Positions 35,958-48,907 of a DNA stretch of 56,173 nt are shown here, piece by piece. The DNA is from Octopus bimaculoides (Eukaryota). Both the position numbers and the translations under genes were made by a program. The notes below the pieces were generated by a model. That model ran no database searches and was not told where the DNA came from. It saw only the letters and a program-made list of their open reading frames with translations. The stretch is from the NCBI RefSeq assembly GCF_001194135.2, contig NC_068987.1, forward strand, positions 72,345,681 through 72,401,853, in the 5' to 3' direction. Every line of letters begins with the position of its first letter. Position 1 is the first letter of the stretch.

Positions 35958-38284
35958 CGACGGGCTTCTTTCGGTTTCCATCTACCAAATCCACTCACAA
36001 GGCTTTGGTCGGCCCAAAGCTATAGTAGAAGACGCTTGCCCAAGGTGCCACGCAGTGGGACTGAACCCAGAACCATGTGGTTGGTAAAGAAGCTACTTAT
36101 CACACAGCCACTCCTGTGCATAAAAATATGAAATAATTTTTTAAACATTGAATGACTAAGAGGGTACATCCTAGCAAAATAGGAATCATAGGGGTCCATA
36201 GGTAAAAATGGTTGAGAAACATTGCTCTACCGGGTCTCTCTACTTGCTAAAAACAGAGACTGGTCTTCTTCAATTTACATCCACCATCTCTGTTTTAGAA
36301 AAGGTATCGGAAATGGTCCTGAATTCCATGCACGTAAAAAATGAGATGGCCACAACTGGAGTACTTTGATCATAGCTCAGGTCAGTGAAAGGCTGACTTG
36401 GGGTGGTTGTAGGGGTGCCCATAGGTTGTGGTTCAAGTACAACCTACACTATGAAGCATAAATACTAAAAGCAGAAAAAAAAACCATAAACACATCTACA
36501 ACAACCAAGAACACAAATATTACAGCATCTTAAAAAAAATCTCAGTCTTGCCCACTCAGTCCAGAAAAAAAAAAAAACCCATTAGAAACACATGCAAACA
36601 GAAATAACTGCAAAATCAATTGCCTTGTTAGCCCCAGATACTGTTCAGTGGTGTACCCTGTTAAGTGCAGAGCCCATTCACTTAACAAACATAAATATCA
36701 TAGATGTTCATAAATAGCAACAACTTGTCTATGACATTCATACTTCCTTTAAAAAAAGGACACATTGGATAATGTAGTCCCAGATATACAATGCCCATAC
36801 AATAAGGGACAAATTTCAGCTGGAACACATTTGATCATAGATATGCTCAATCAGTGCTGAACTGGGTTAAACTATAACAAGAACACTAAGCCTACAGGTT
36901 ACTCAATGAGGAATTTTCTATGTGGTCACTGGTTTACTTGAAATAGTCGCCAAATTCTTCTGAAAACATAATCAGACTGGCTCCTAAGTATATGAATTGA
37001 CAATGAAAGATCAACTTTTGATTTTTTGAAATTATATCTTTTCCTTTTACTTTTTTTTTATTATGAGTGACTACAATAATTGTTTGATTTTGCTTTCTTT
37101 TTCTAATTAACAGGAAGATTTCTATCAAGATCTTTTAACATGTTATATTCAGAACATCGCACCTAAGATTATTTAGTAGTTATATTTTGTGATCAAAAAA
37201 TAAGATGTTGATACTAATTTAAAGAAAGAGTTCAGAGATCTTTCCTATTGGGATACCAAAGTAGACAATCTTTGCTTCCTTTACACACACACACACACAC
37301 AACACACATATTTTATCAGCAAATCTGTAATCCAATACACTTTTATGAGGGTGATAGTATTGTATTCTTGTCATATGTGTCGATTTTCTATTGGTGACAA
37401 CAGATTGGGTTATATTTCACACAACCAGTAAAGTGATAACTTTGACTTTTAATGTACATATATTTTGTATTTACTACAAACAGTAGTTTTACTACGAATG
37501 GCCTAGTAGTTAGTCTGTTGGAGATATTATCATCAAGGTCATTTCCAAATTGAGTGGCAAGTTGTGTTCTTGAGCAGGCTACTTCATTTCACATTGCTTC
37601 AATTCACTTGGCTGAAAATGAGTAACATTATGACATCAATGGCCCTTGATGGCTGCAGCACATTGAATGGTGTACATACTTCAGTGATTGAATATTTAAA
37701 TGAAAATTCTGTCTAGGTTGACTAAACATCCATTGTACTAGTACAAAATACATGCCATCAAATATTGAAGACATTAAAAAAAGAACATTCTAGAACCCAC
37801 GAAAAAGAGCAGGTAGAAAGGACAAACAGACTGAATCAATAGGATAAGGTGCCACTGTTTATTGCACAGGTTTAGTGGAGTAAATAGTGGCACCACAGTA
37901 AAATTGTTTTATTGATTTATATAATTAAATGTGTATCTATGCTCTCCCACCATCATTCATAAAAATTGGACAAGATTCATTCATTCATCACCATCATCAT
38001 TTTATGTCCATTTTCCATGCTGGCATGGATTTGACAGTTTGACAGGAACTGACAAATCAGAAGCATGCTCCAGTCTTTGGCATGGTTTTTACAGCTGGAT
38101 GCCCCCCACATACACACTTTTTTTTAAATAGGAAAAATAAGACAATGTGAGAACAAAAATGAAAAGGAAACTAGTAAATTAAGAAAATGCAATGGGGAAA
38201 AAGAAAAAGACAAAAGAAATAAAGAGAGGAAAAGATAAAATGCTAACAAACTGGTATATATTGACAAAGAAGAAACAAACTCAA

Positions 38285-38315
<31 letters not shown>

Positions 38316-38342
38316 AAGAGATTGACAGAAACAGTCTAGTCC

Positions 38343-38640
38343 AAAGCTGGCCAACCTGTGGCCTGCAGACTTTTATCTTGCAGCCTGCATGATACTTTTT
38401 GAAATGGGTTTATTTAAACAAAAATTTAAAAAATTTTATCAAATATTAAAGTTTGTAATGAAAAGTAAAAAAGAAAGATAGTACTGTTTTTGCAACGATA
38501 ATATTTCATGTTGAATCAATGATCATTCATTATTGTAATAATAGCACAAATGCTTTCAATTCTGTCAGAAAGTTTTTTGAGAGCCGCTTGTATACTGTGA
38601 TTAAAGTGACCTGCAATGTAATTCAAGTTGGCCAGGTTCT
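38343..38640. mobile_element. Degenerate hAT-like MITE
   Basis: ..aagctggccaacctg at the left and aagttggccagg at the right resemble CAGGGGTGGCCAAC-type TIRs. Confidence 0.4.
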
Positions 38641-38814
38641 AATCAATAGATTTTTTTATGAATAATCATTAAAACAGCAAATGACTCAGATACTTGAGTG
38701 AAAAACTAAATGCATTTACTTCATCCCTAGCTGTTCTAAGTTCAAATATTGCCAGACTCAGTATAGCCATTCAATTATCCCAGCATTGGTAACTTATGTA
38801 CCAATAATATTTCA

Positions 38815-39225
38815 AAGTTGACTCTCTTTTACTCTTTTACTTGTTTCAGTCATTTTACTGTGGCCATGCTAGAGCACTACCTTTTGTCGAGCAAATCGAC
38901 CCCAGGACTTATTCTTTGTAAGCCTAGTACTTACTCTATCGGTCTCTTTTGCCGAACTGCTAGGTTATGGGGACGTAAACACACCAGCATCAGTTGTCAA
39001 GTGATGTTGGGGGGACAAACAGAGACACACAAACATGTACATATATATATATATACATATATACGATGAACTTCTTTCAGTTTCCGTCTACCAAATCCAC
39101 TCACAAGGCTTTGGTCGGCTTGAGGCTATAGTAGAAGACACTTGCCCAAGGTGCTACGCAGTGGAACTGAACATAGAACCATGTGGTTGGTAAGCAAGCT
39201 ACTTACCACACAGCCACTTCTACGC
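38815..39225 (-). mobile_element. Full-length CORE-type tRNA SINE, best-preserved copy
   Basis: Sense strand: gtggctgtgtggtaagtagcttgcttaccaaccacatggttc..ccttgggcaagtgtcttctactatagcc..internal TA/CA tract..gtaaaagagtaaaagag tail. Confidence 0.85.
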
Positions 39226-39515
39226 CTATAATTATATATATGCTTCCTCTACAAACATTAGTCTACACCTGAAAATCAGTAGCAGTGGTCCTGTATTACA
39301 ACTTCCATAGTAATTCCATTCACATCTATGATGTATGACAGGAATGTAAATCAACTACAGTGATTTCATCATTATTAGGTGCGTACATCAAAAAATATGT
39401 CTAATGAAAAACATACTGGTCAAGGGAATACTGGCTGAAAGACAAGTTAGTCAAACGACATGTCTGTTGAAAGACCAGTCGCTTGCAAACATTAGTTGAC
39501 AAGAATTCATTGGAA

Positions 39516-39580
<65 letters not shown>

Positions 39581-39704
39581 GTATATGTATATTCTGAAAA
39601 TATCTGCAAACCATGATTTTTTTTTTAATAAAATCTTATTGTGATTTTAAAAGAACAAATTATAAAATAAGATATGATAAAAATAATAATACTATATATA
39701 TAAG

Positions 39705-40040
39705 AAATATTGCACAAGGCCAGCAATTTGGGGGGAGGGATAAGTTGATTACATCAACCCTAGTACTCAACTGCAACTTATTATATCAGCCCTGATAGGA
39801 TGAAAGGCAAAGTTGACTTCAGCGGAATTTGAACTCAGATGCCTGCGTTAGAAAGAGCATCCAACCATAGAAACCATACCACAACAGACAATTGGAGTCT
39901 GGTCACCTCCTGACAAACAGTCTAACCCATGTCAGTATGGAAAATGGACATTAAATGATGATGATGATATAAAGACAGACTAAATACTGCTATGCATTTT
40001 TCCCTAGTGTGCTAATGATTTTGCAAGCTCACCACCTTAT
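39705..40040 (-). mobile_element. SINE interrupted by an RTE 3' fragment (39841-39968, +)
   Basis: SINE core gaactcaga|...|ataaagacagac is split by a piece ending in (GAT)n. Confidence 0.75.
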
Positions 40041-43000
40041 TTATATGAAACATTTGTTAACCCACAGAGCTTAATAGAACTTCTTCTATCGGTCTAGTAA
40101 GTAGATGAGGCCCAATCAGACTAATATGCTTTCATTATCCTGCTTGAATATGCTATTGCGGATTAGCCCCAAGTCAGCTCTGATTTAGCAGACCTATGAT
40201 CAATTGTATTCCAACTTTCATTAGTTATGAGTACAGGCATGACTGTATGGTTTAAGAATTTTGCTTGCAACAAATCGGCTTCTGGTTCAAACCTACAACA
40301 CAACACTTTGTGCAAGAGCAAGTGTCTTATATTATAGTTTGGGGTCAACAAAACAGTTGTGAGTGAAATTTGGTAAATAGAAACTATATGGAAGCTTGTC
40401 AAAGACACTCTTCTTGTTTTTGGGTAGTTAGACTAAATCTTCCACCCAGTTTAATACCACTACCTGGCCCCTGGGTACCTTTAACTGAGTTCTCTCTGTT
40501 GCAAGAATTCTTGTTAGATCTCTGATCTGAGAATAATATCCTCTTCCCAACCACCAGTCTCAGAAACTCTGAACAAGGGGATCATGGCTGCTGCCTTCCT
40601 TCCTCTGAACTAAGCAATATTTTTTAAATTCCATTTTTCTTTTTCATTCAGAGGCATGGTTCTATAGTTAAGAAGCATACTTTACAACCATGTGATTTCG
40701 AGTTCAGTTCCACTGTATGGCACCTTGGGCAAGTGCCTTCCACTATAACCCCAGCACAATGCCTTGTGAGTGAACCAGGTAAATAGAAACTGTGTGGAAG
40801 CCGATCAGATGTGTGTGTGAGTGCATTTCCTCACCACTATGTGAGAACTGGTGTTGGTTTGTTTACATCCCCATAACTTAATGGTTCAATGAAAGAGACT
40901 GATAGAATAAGTATCAGACTTTTAAAAAATAAAGTACTGGGGTTGATTTGTCTGACTATGCTCTTCAAGGTTGTGCACCAGCGTGACCACAGTTCAATGA
41001 CCGAAACAAGTGAAAGATAAAAGAAGACAGACTGTATCTCGCACTACACTATCAAACATGTCCTTTTTTTTTTTTTGTTTTTTTTTTTTAAATCATTTGA
41101 ACACAGTATGGATTAATGCTAAAGATAATGAGTTATTGTTTTGAAAAACCTCTATTGCTGCTGCTGTTGCCACGACCACCACTGCTACCACCATCATCAT
41201 GGTCATCATGAGCTCTATAATTAATGGTTTACTATTACCAAAAGTCTGATGCATCACCAACAGCACAAATGATGTTATCACAATCATCATCATCATTGTC
41301 AACATGAACTCTTTCAGTAATAGCTTATTGTTTTGAAAAAATTGGTAGCACATCGATGGTAGCAGTATCATCATCATCATCATCACCATGAGCCCTATCA
41401 CTAATGGTTTTGCATTATCTCTTGTATGGATTATTAATTTTCTCTAGCTATCATATATTATTCTTTACATTATTTAATACGACGAAATCTGATCCTTCAC
41501 AATGGTCACTATTGCTACTTTGGACATCAAGTTTAGACAAACCACCTGGTATCCCAACCAACTCACCCACCCAACTACACAGTCTTCTCCACCATCCATG
41601 CTACTATCCACCAAAATGGTTCGTCTTTTTCCACTTTCTTTGCATCATTCACTAACCCTGCATGTCCAAGCATGAAGTTATCTCCTCGATGTAGACTGGA
41701 TACAATTAACTAATGAAAACATCACCAACACCGGCGCAAACGACAAAGAAGATTTATGTTGATGATGATAATGATAGCAATGATGATGATTATAACAGTG
41801 AAGATGATGATAACAACAACAGAGAAAAATTTAAATACCTGAAAGAAGATTAATAAATAAAAAGATAGTGCTCAGCTTCGTAATCAGTTGTTGTAGTTGA
41901 GACACCACCAAGCATTACGTTTTCAAGTTTGAACCAATGAGGAACCAACTAAATGCAATTACTTAATGTGGTAGAAATGGCAGAACAACTGAATCTCCCA
42001 CAAATCTCACCCTAGCATCTTAAAAACAAAAGGGAAGGGAATACATTAGGCAATTTAGGCATAGATATATAAACAAGATGGGAAGTCATGTAGCCTAGTG
42101 GTTAAGATGTTGCACTCAAGATTGCAAGATCATGGTTTCAATTTCTGGATCAGGCAGTGTGTTGAGTTCTTGAGCAAACCACTTCATTTCACATGGCTCC
42201 AGTCCACTCATCTGCTAATGAGTAATCTCGTGATGATTGGTGTCACATTCCAGGGGAATGTTGTAAGCTCAGATGCTCATACACCATAACAACCAGGTAA
42301 CTGGCCCTAAGAGTCCTAAGACTCAAGACAATAATATTTAAAGAAAAAAAATAAAAGATGGTCATAGCTGGAATACTTTTGATCACACATTTATTCAATC
42401 AGAGCTGACTTTGGCCAAAACAACAATTACACAAGTCAAGTCAACATTCCTGAAATTTGACTATTACAGTATGATAAGCTTGAACATTACATATCAATGG
42501 GCATTTACAGTTTTTTGCTTAAATGCTGTTGTGAAAGAGGAGGAGACAGCATTTAAGCAAAATCTGATGATGGCGACATCATCATTTAACATTTGTTTTC
42601 CATGCTAGCATAGGTTGGATGGCCTGACAGGGGCCCGCATTAGATTTCATAGTCAGTCTTGGCTTGGTTTCTACAGTTGGGTGCCCTTCATAATGGCAAC
42701 CAATTTACATAGTGTGCTTTTTACTTGGCACCAGCACCCGTGCTTTTTATGTAGTACCAGCACCTAACACCAATACTTTTAATGTGGCACCTTGGTTTTA
42801 AGACCTGAATTCTGTTGTGGTGGGTGGGTCCTCTTGAGTACAGCAATGCATCACATAGCTGTTGTACTCTTTTGATCTTGTAAAATTATCAACACCCCCT
42901 CCACCACATTACACTTATATTGAAGTTGCTCCAGTCCACTCAGCTGGCAAAAATGAGTAGTACCTGTATTTCAAAGGGTCAGCTTTGTCACACTCTGTAC

Positions 43001-44429
43001 CATGCTGAATTCCCCCTGGGTAACTACGTTAAGGGTACACATGTCTGTGGAGTGCTCAGCCACTTGCATGTTAATTTCACAAGTAGGCTGTTCCGTTGAT
43101 TGGATCAGCTGGAACCCTCATCATCAAAACCCAACAGAGAGCTGTTTTATATTCTTCCCAGGCTGGGATGTCGGTCCATCACAGAATTACACATTTTTGC
43201 CAGCTGAGTGAACTGGAGCAACATGAAACAAAGTGTTTTTGCTTAAGAACACAATGCATTGCCTGGTCCAGGAATCAAAACCACCATCTTGAGTCCAACA
43301 CCCTTAACCACTAAGCCATGCACCTCCACAATCCCAGCATATAACTGGCACTAATTTTTTATTAACTCCTAAAACACAAAAGGTAGTAAAATATGAAATT
43401 GGGAAGCGGCACAAGATGAAGATGTTCTTATTTAGCCCAGGTCTGTCTTGATCAATGGTGTTCCAGATGGTTTTTTTTTTTTAACATTAATCTTTTAGTT
43501 AGGACAGAAGTGAATTGCTCATAAATCTTTTAAAGAGCTTCTGAGACTGGTTTAGGAAAATCTTCTCAACTGAAGACCTGATCCAGATACTTGCAACGGA
43601 GTGAAGTGTTGCTAAAGGTACACAAGGTGATAGTTGATAGCATGAAACAAAGTGATGGATTAAGTCTACACCTAAGTAGGCTATGGTGGGATTTGAACTC
43701 AGAACACAAAGAGCTGAAGCAAATACTGTAAATCATCTGGTCTGACATTCTTGTAGATTCACCAATCTACTGTCCTGGATTGATACTTTTTTATTGACAC
43801 TAAAAGGATGGAAGACAAAGTTAACCAGAGCAGGATTTGAATTCAAAGCACAATGCAAAGAACAAATATTGCTAGAATGATCGAGTAAATTCATGGAGGA
43901 TTCCTCATTCATTGACAAGTGGTGAGGGTAAATCAGACACAAATGTCATGTGTAAGTCATAGCTCTGAATCAAATTCACAATGACTTTCAGTATTGGATT
44001 ACTGACATCCATCCACATGATTAGAAGTTCTAAAACTTCCTGTAAAGAACAGCCAATGTATGTTTGTTAGATGTGGAAAACCACGTCTGGATTGAGGGTA
44101 TTGTGAAAAAAAGATAAAACAAACTGAACAAGGGTTATATCAAAAGTTATGTCCCTTAGTCCCAAAGGTCTCTGAGATGTAAGCTTACAAACGTTTTTTT
44201 TTTAAATGTGTAGTAGTTAGGGGTTGGTATTCATGTTGGGTTTGGAATGCAAATAGAGGTATTATATGTACAGGGTCTGGGAGATGGGCAAATGCTTAAG
44301 CACTTAAGCCAATGTTTGAGTGCATATGTACTGAAGTGTTCATTAGTGTATGTTTTGGTGAGACTATTTGTTGGGTTCTCCGGATATGGTGATGAAAGAG
44401 TTGGAAGTGGAGAATTGGTGACAATCTTG

Positions 44430-45045
44430 ATGGGGCATATAGACACAATAGAATATATCTTCTATATTGTGGGCAAGGGCTAAAAATCTTACTTCTGCAG
44501 TTTAGGTAGATGCCTGGGTGCCAATAGATTTTAAATGGCTCTTTTTTTTTTTTTTGATTAAACACAACCTGCATCTCTGCTGCTGTTAAAATAAATCTTG
44601 CACTTTTCTAAGATTTTCCACCTTATGCCGGACTCTGTAGAGCTTTCCTTTAGGGAGGACTTACAGTTACTGCATCTGGTCCTAAAGGAACTTTCTGTCA
44701 CTCACACATACTTCTGCACTGTTGGTTGCTCATTTGGGCCTTTTGATGTTACCTGTGCCTCATATACAACTGTTTCCATGTTACAGTAGTTGTTAAGGAG
44801 ACATATGGTGTTACCTCTACATGAGCATCTAGTCTTTGACTCAGGTGTGAGCCTGCCTACTAATATCCTTTTTACACTAGGTGCACAGCTAAAGGAAACT
44901 CTTAACGTGTACCTATTAAACATTTTACCGAACCCATTTGTATGGGGGAAAGTGCTTATCTACTAAGCAAAGGAACATCCTGCCCATACAAGTTTTTACA
45001 CTTAAGAAGAAGAGGTGATGTAAACCACAACACTATCCAAAGAAA
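44430..45045 (-). pseudogene. Penelope-like retroelement, linker and GIY-YIG endonuclease remnant
   Basis: IVLWFTSP/LSVKTCMGRMFLCLVDKHFPP/MFNRYTLRVSFSC..CSCRGNTICLLNNYC..VVYEAQVT..KYV*VTESSFRTR..SGIRWKILEK..LNCRSKIFSPCPQYRRYILL; several frameshifts and stops. Confidence 0.85.
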
Positions 45046-45653
45046 ATCTGCTTCAACGTGTGACTTACAGATAAGAGTGTTGGGCTCACAATCATAATGT
45101 TGTGGACCATGTAGTGTGTTATGTCTTTAAGCAAAGCACTTCATTTCACTTTGAATCTAATAAGCTGAAAATCAATAACAACCAAATGCTTATGCAAACT
45201 TCTCTCCCTGAGACAAACATACGATGGCCAGAGGGAGTTTATAGCTACTTGCAATTACATAGGTGCCAAAAGTAATTAACAAGAGGATAGTACATGCTAT
45301 CATATCATAATTACTCATGACTGATGGCCACTGTTCTTTCATACATAACAAGTATCAACCTAATTTGACATTCATGTCTTTTTTTTATATATACAGTTGG
45401 TACTTGTGATTATTTTTTCTATAACCTCATGTTCGACTTAATATCATTAACTGTAACTTTTAATGCTCATTCTCAGATTAGTCAAGACAACTGATGAACC
45501 ATTTCACACTACTACCCCCACCACCACCCTACATTATGGTTGTGTGTGTGTGCATGCATGTGTCTACACAAATATACATACACACACTTGTATCATGTGT
45601 CTGTGTGTATATGTATATATGTGAGAGAATCTACATGCATACATGTAATGTGT

Positions 45654-45696
<43 letters not shown>

Positions 45697-46137
45697 TGTG
45701 TATACCAATATGTATGTGTGTCTATATATATGTGTGCATATATGTGTGTATATATACACACACATATATATGCATAGGTAATGGGGGGAGGAAAAGAGAA
45801 GATACAGAGAACTTCTGTTAGCAAACAGTTTAAAGCTAGACTTACTAAGGTGTTTTTAATGTGTTTTTACCTGTTGAGGAGAGAGAAAAATGTTTCCAGT
45901 CTAAACAGTTTTACTTCATGACCTTGCTCTCTCCAAGAGTCATATTGGAGGTGTGTGTGTGTGTGTGTGCAATATGAAGAAAGGTAAAAGAAAAAATGAA
46001 TAAATAAACGTAAGCACACATAGACACTTGTTCTTCTCTCTCTTCACCAAATCTTTCTCCATTTCTTTCTCCTTCAGTCTCTCCTCAACTCAATCTCTAG
46101 ACTTCTATTTCTCTCTTTCCACCACATCTATGTCCTC

Positions 46138-46168
<31 letters not shown>

Positions 46169-46680
46169 CCCACCTCTCCCTTTACCTACTCCCCACTAGT
46201 GTTTTTACACTTTCTCCCTTCCCATTCTCCTACCCACTTCTCTCTCTCACTCTCTCTCTCACCCCCTCCCTCAGAATGAACAGTACACTTAAGGAAATGA
46301 TGGATTAAATCCTTTATTTACACAAGACAACACAAACACAAGATGGATAAAGCAAAGCAAGCCTGTGCCTGAACAAAGACATGTTTGGCTTAGCTTAGTT
46401 AATCTTTCCCCTTGACAGTGCCAATGTTCAATGTTTATAGATTGATCATATATCCACCAACAGCAACACTGGATGGATAGAATGAAAATAGACCCCCATT
46501 ATGCCACACATTTTCATGTCTGGGGTAGTTCTTTTCAGTACAAGATGATAAACATTGAATGCTTGGGACAGGTAATTTGGTGCAGAAAGTGGTGCACAGA
46601 GCTAAACACTTCACTCTATGCAATATGATTACTTAAGTCCTATGAGAGATTTTAATTTCGTCTTTTATCCTCCTGGATAG

Positions 46681-46736
<56 letters not shown>

Positions 46737-46924
46737 NNNNNNNNNNNNNNNNNNNNNNNNNNNNNNNNNNNNNNNNNNNNNNNNNNNNNNNNNNNNNNNN
46801 NNNNNNNNNNNNNNNNNNNNNNNNNNNNNNNNNNNNNNNNNNNNNNNNNNNNNNNNNNNNNNNNNNNNNNNNNNNNNNNNNNNNNNNNNNNNNNNNNNNN
46901 NNNNNNNNNNNNNNNNNNNNNNNN

Positions 46925-46983
<59 letters not shown>

Positions 46984-47403
46984 TTGTCTTGGCTTTGTGT
47001 GACAATTGTAAATGAGTGTCATCATCACACAAGCAGTGTCCTACATTTTTCCAATTTTCTATGAATGTATGTCCACCTGTGAGGAAATATTACCTTCCTT
47101 GGAAACAGGTGAGAGTTGGTGACAGAAAGGGCATCTGACTGCCAAAAAATATGAGCCTCAACAAACTTTGTCCGACCCATGTAAGCATGGAAAAGTGAAC
47201 ATTAAAAGGGAGATGTTCCTTCTTTTTTGCTTTGTTTTTACTTGGCTATACCTTCAAGAAATTTTAGTCAAATGAATCCACCCCAATATTGATATTCTTA
47301 TGCCTGATACTTATTCAACCAGTTTCTTTTGCTGAACTGTTAAGTTACAGGGATGTAAACACAATATCAATTGTCAAGTGATGGTGGTGGACAAATACAG
47401 ACA

Positions 47404-47463
<60 letters not shown>

Positions 47464-47473
47464 NNNNNNNNNN

Positions 47474-47538
47474 CTTGGTCAGCCCAAGGCTTGGGCCAGC
47501 CCAAGGCTTGGTCAGCTCAAGGCTTGGTCAGCCCAAGG
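47474..47538. repeat. 16-17-bp tandem repeat x4 inside a SINE
   Basis: cttggtcagcccaagg units with small differences. Confidence 0.9.
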
Positions 47539-48772
47539 TTATGATAACAGACACTTGCAAAAGGTACCATGCGATGGGACTGAACTCAGAACCCTGTGGT
47601 TGGGAAGTAAACTTCTTACCACTCAGCCATGCCTGCACCTATGATGATGATGTCAACTGTGCCTTCCAGTGTTAATAAAATAAAATAACTCTCTAGGTTA
47701 ACGAACAAGTAGAATTATTCAAGCTTCAATAAAAAATGTTTGTGGTGTTTAATCCATTTCTATGTTCTGAGTTTGAATTCTACCTAGGTCATCTTTGTCA
47801 TTTGTCCTTCCAAATTAAGGACCAGTCCAAGCATTCTTTCTGTCTTCCAGCTATCATGTCTTAGAAATGTTTTTGAGTCAATGGTATGAAGCTTGAGAGA
47901 ATGTTTGTATCAGCTCACAACGACACAGGAACCCAAAACAAGAATAAAGGTAAAAGTGCATGCTGCTACTATGTCATACTTGATTGCAAGTGCCAGACAT
48001 GTCAAACATAAATAGGGGAAATAAATACAGAATCCAAAGAAACTAGCAGTGATTTTGTGTCAACAGCAACCCTTAAATATTCACAAATTCACAGAATATC
48101 ATGAAATTTATACCTCAGGAAGGCAAAACTATTGATGCATTTAATAAAGCTTTTTGTTAGAGAGGAAATTTTGCTAGAAATGTTTGTATTTGTATCTCCC
48201 CAGAGCATATATATCTATCTATCTATCTATCTGTCTATCTATATATATATATATATATANNNNNNNNNNNNNNNNNNNNNNNNNNNNNNNNNNNNNNNNN
48301 NNNNNNNNNNNNNNNNNNNNNNNNNNNNNNNNNNNNNNNNNNNNNNNNNNNNNNNNNNNNNNNNNNNNNNNNNNNNNNNNNNNNNNNNNNNNNNNNNNNN
48401 NNNNNNNNNNNNNNNNNNNNNNNNNNNNNNNNNNNNNNNNNNNNNNNNNNNNNNNNNNNNNNNNNNNNNNNNNNNNNNNNNNNNNNNNNNNNNNNNNNNN
48501 NNNNNNNNNNNNNNNNNNNNNNNNNNNNNNNNNNNNNNNNNNNNNNNNNNNNNNNNNNNNNNNNNNNNNNNNNNNNNNNNNNNNNNNNNNNNNNNNNNNN
48601 NNNNNNNNNNNNNNNNNNNNNNNNNNNNNNNNNNNNNNNNNNNNNNNNNNNNNNNNNNNNNNNNNNNNNNNNNNNNNNNNNNNNNNNNNNNNNNNNNNNN
48701 NNNNNNNNNNNNNNNNNNNNNNNNNNNNNNNNNNNNNNNNNNNNNNNNNNNNNNNNNNNNNNNNNNNNNNNN

Positions 48773-48907
48773 ATAGTTATCGCCAAGCCAACATGGCAGT
48801 CCAACATGGTGTCACATAGCTAGCTAGAGGCGATGGCCTCTTAGAGCTAATCAACGGCAGCATTCGTCCTATTTTGGGGGCTGCCATGTTGGCTTGGCAA
48901 TAACTAT
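48773..48907. mobile_element. 135-bp MITE with 27-bp TIRs, superfamily unresolved
   Basis: atagttatcgccaagccaacatggcag / ctgccatgttggcttggcaataactat, one mismatch. Confidence 0.85.

Noticed and set aside
36938-36959. 22-nt minus-strand micro-exon EEFGDYFK with good splice sites
   Set aside because: Too short to separate from chance, and it conflicts with the promoter model; worth checking only with RNA-seq.
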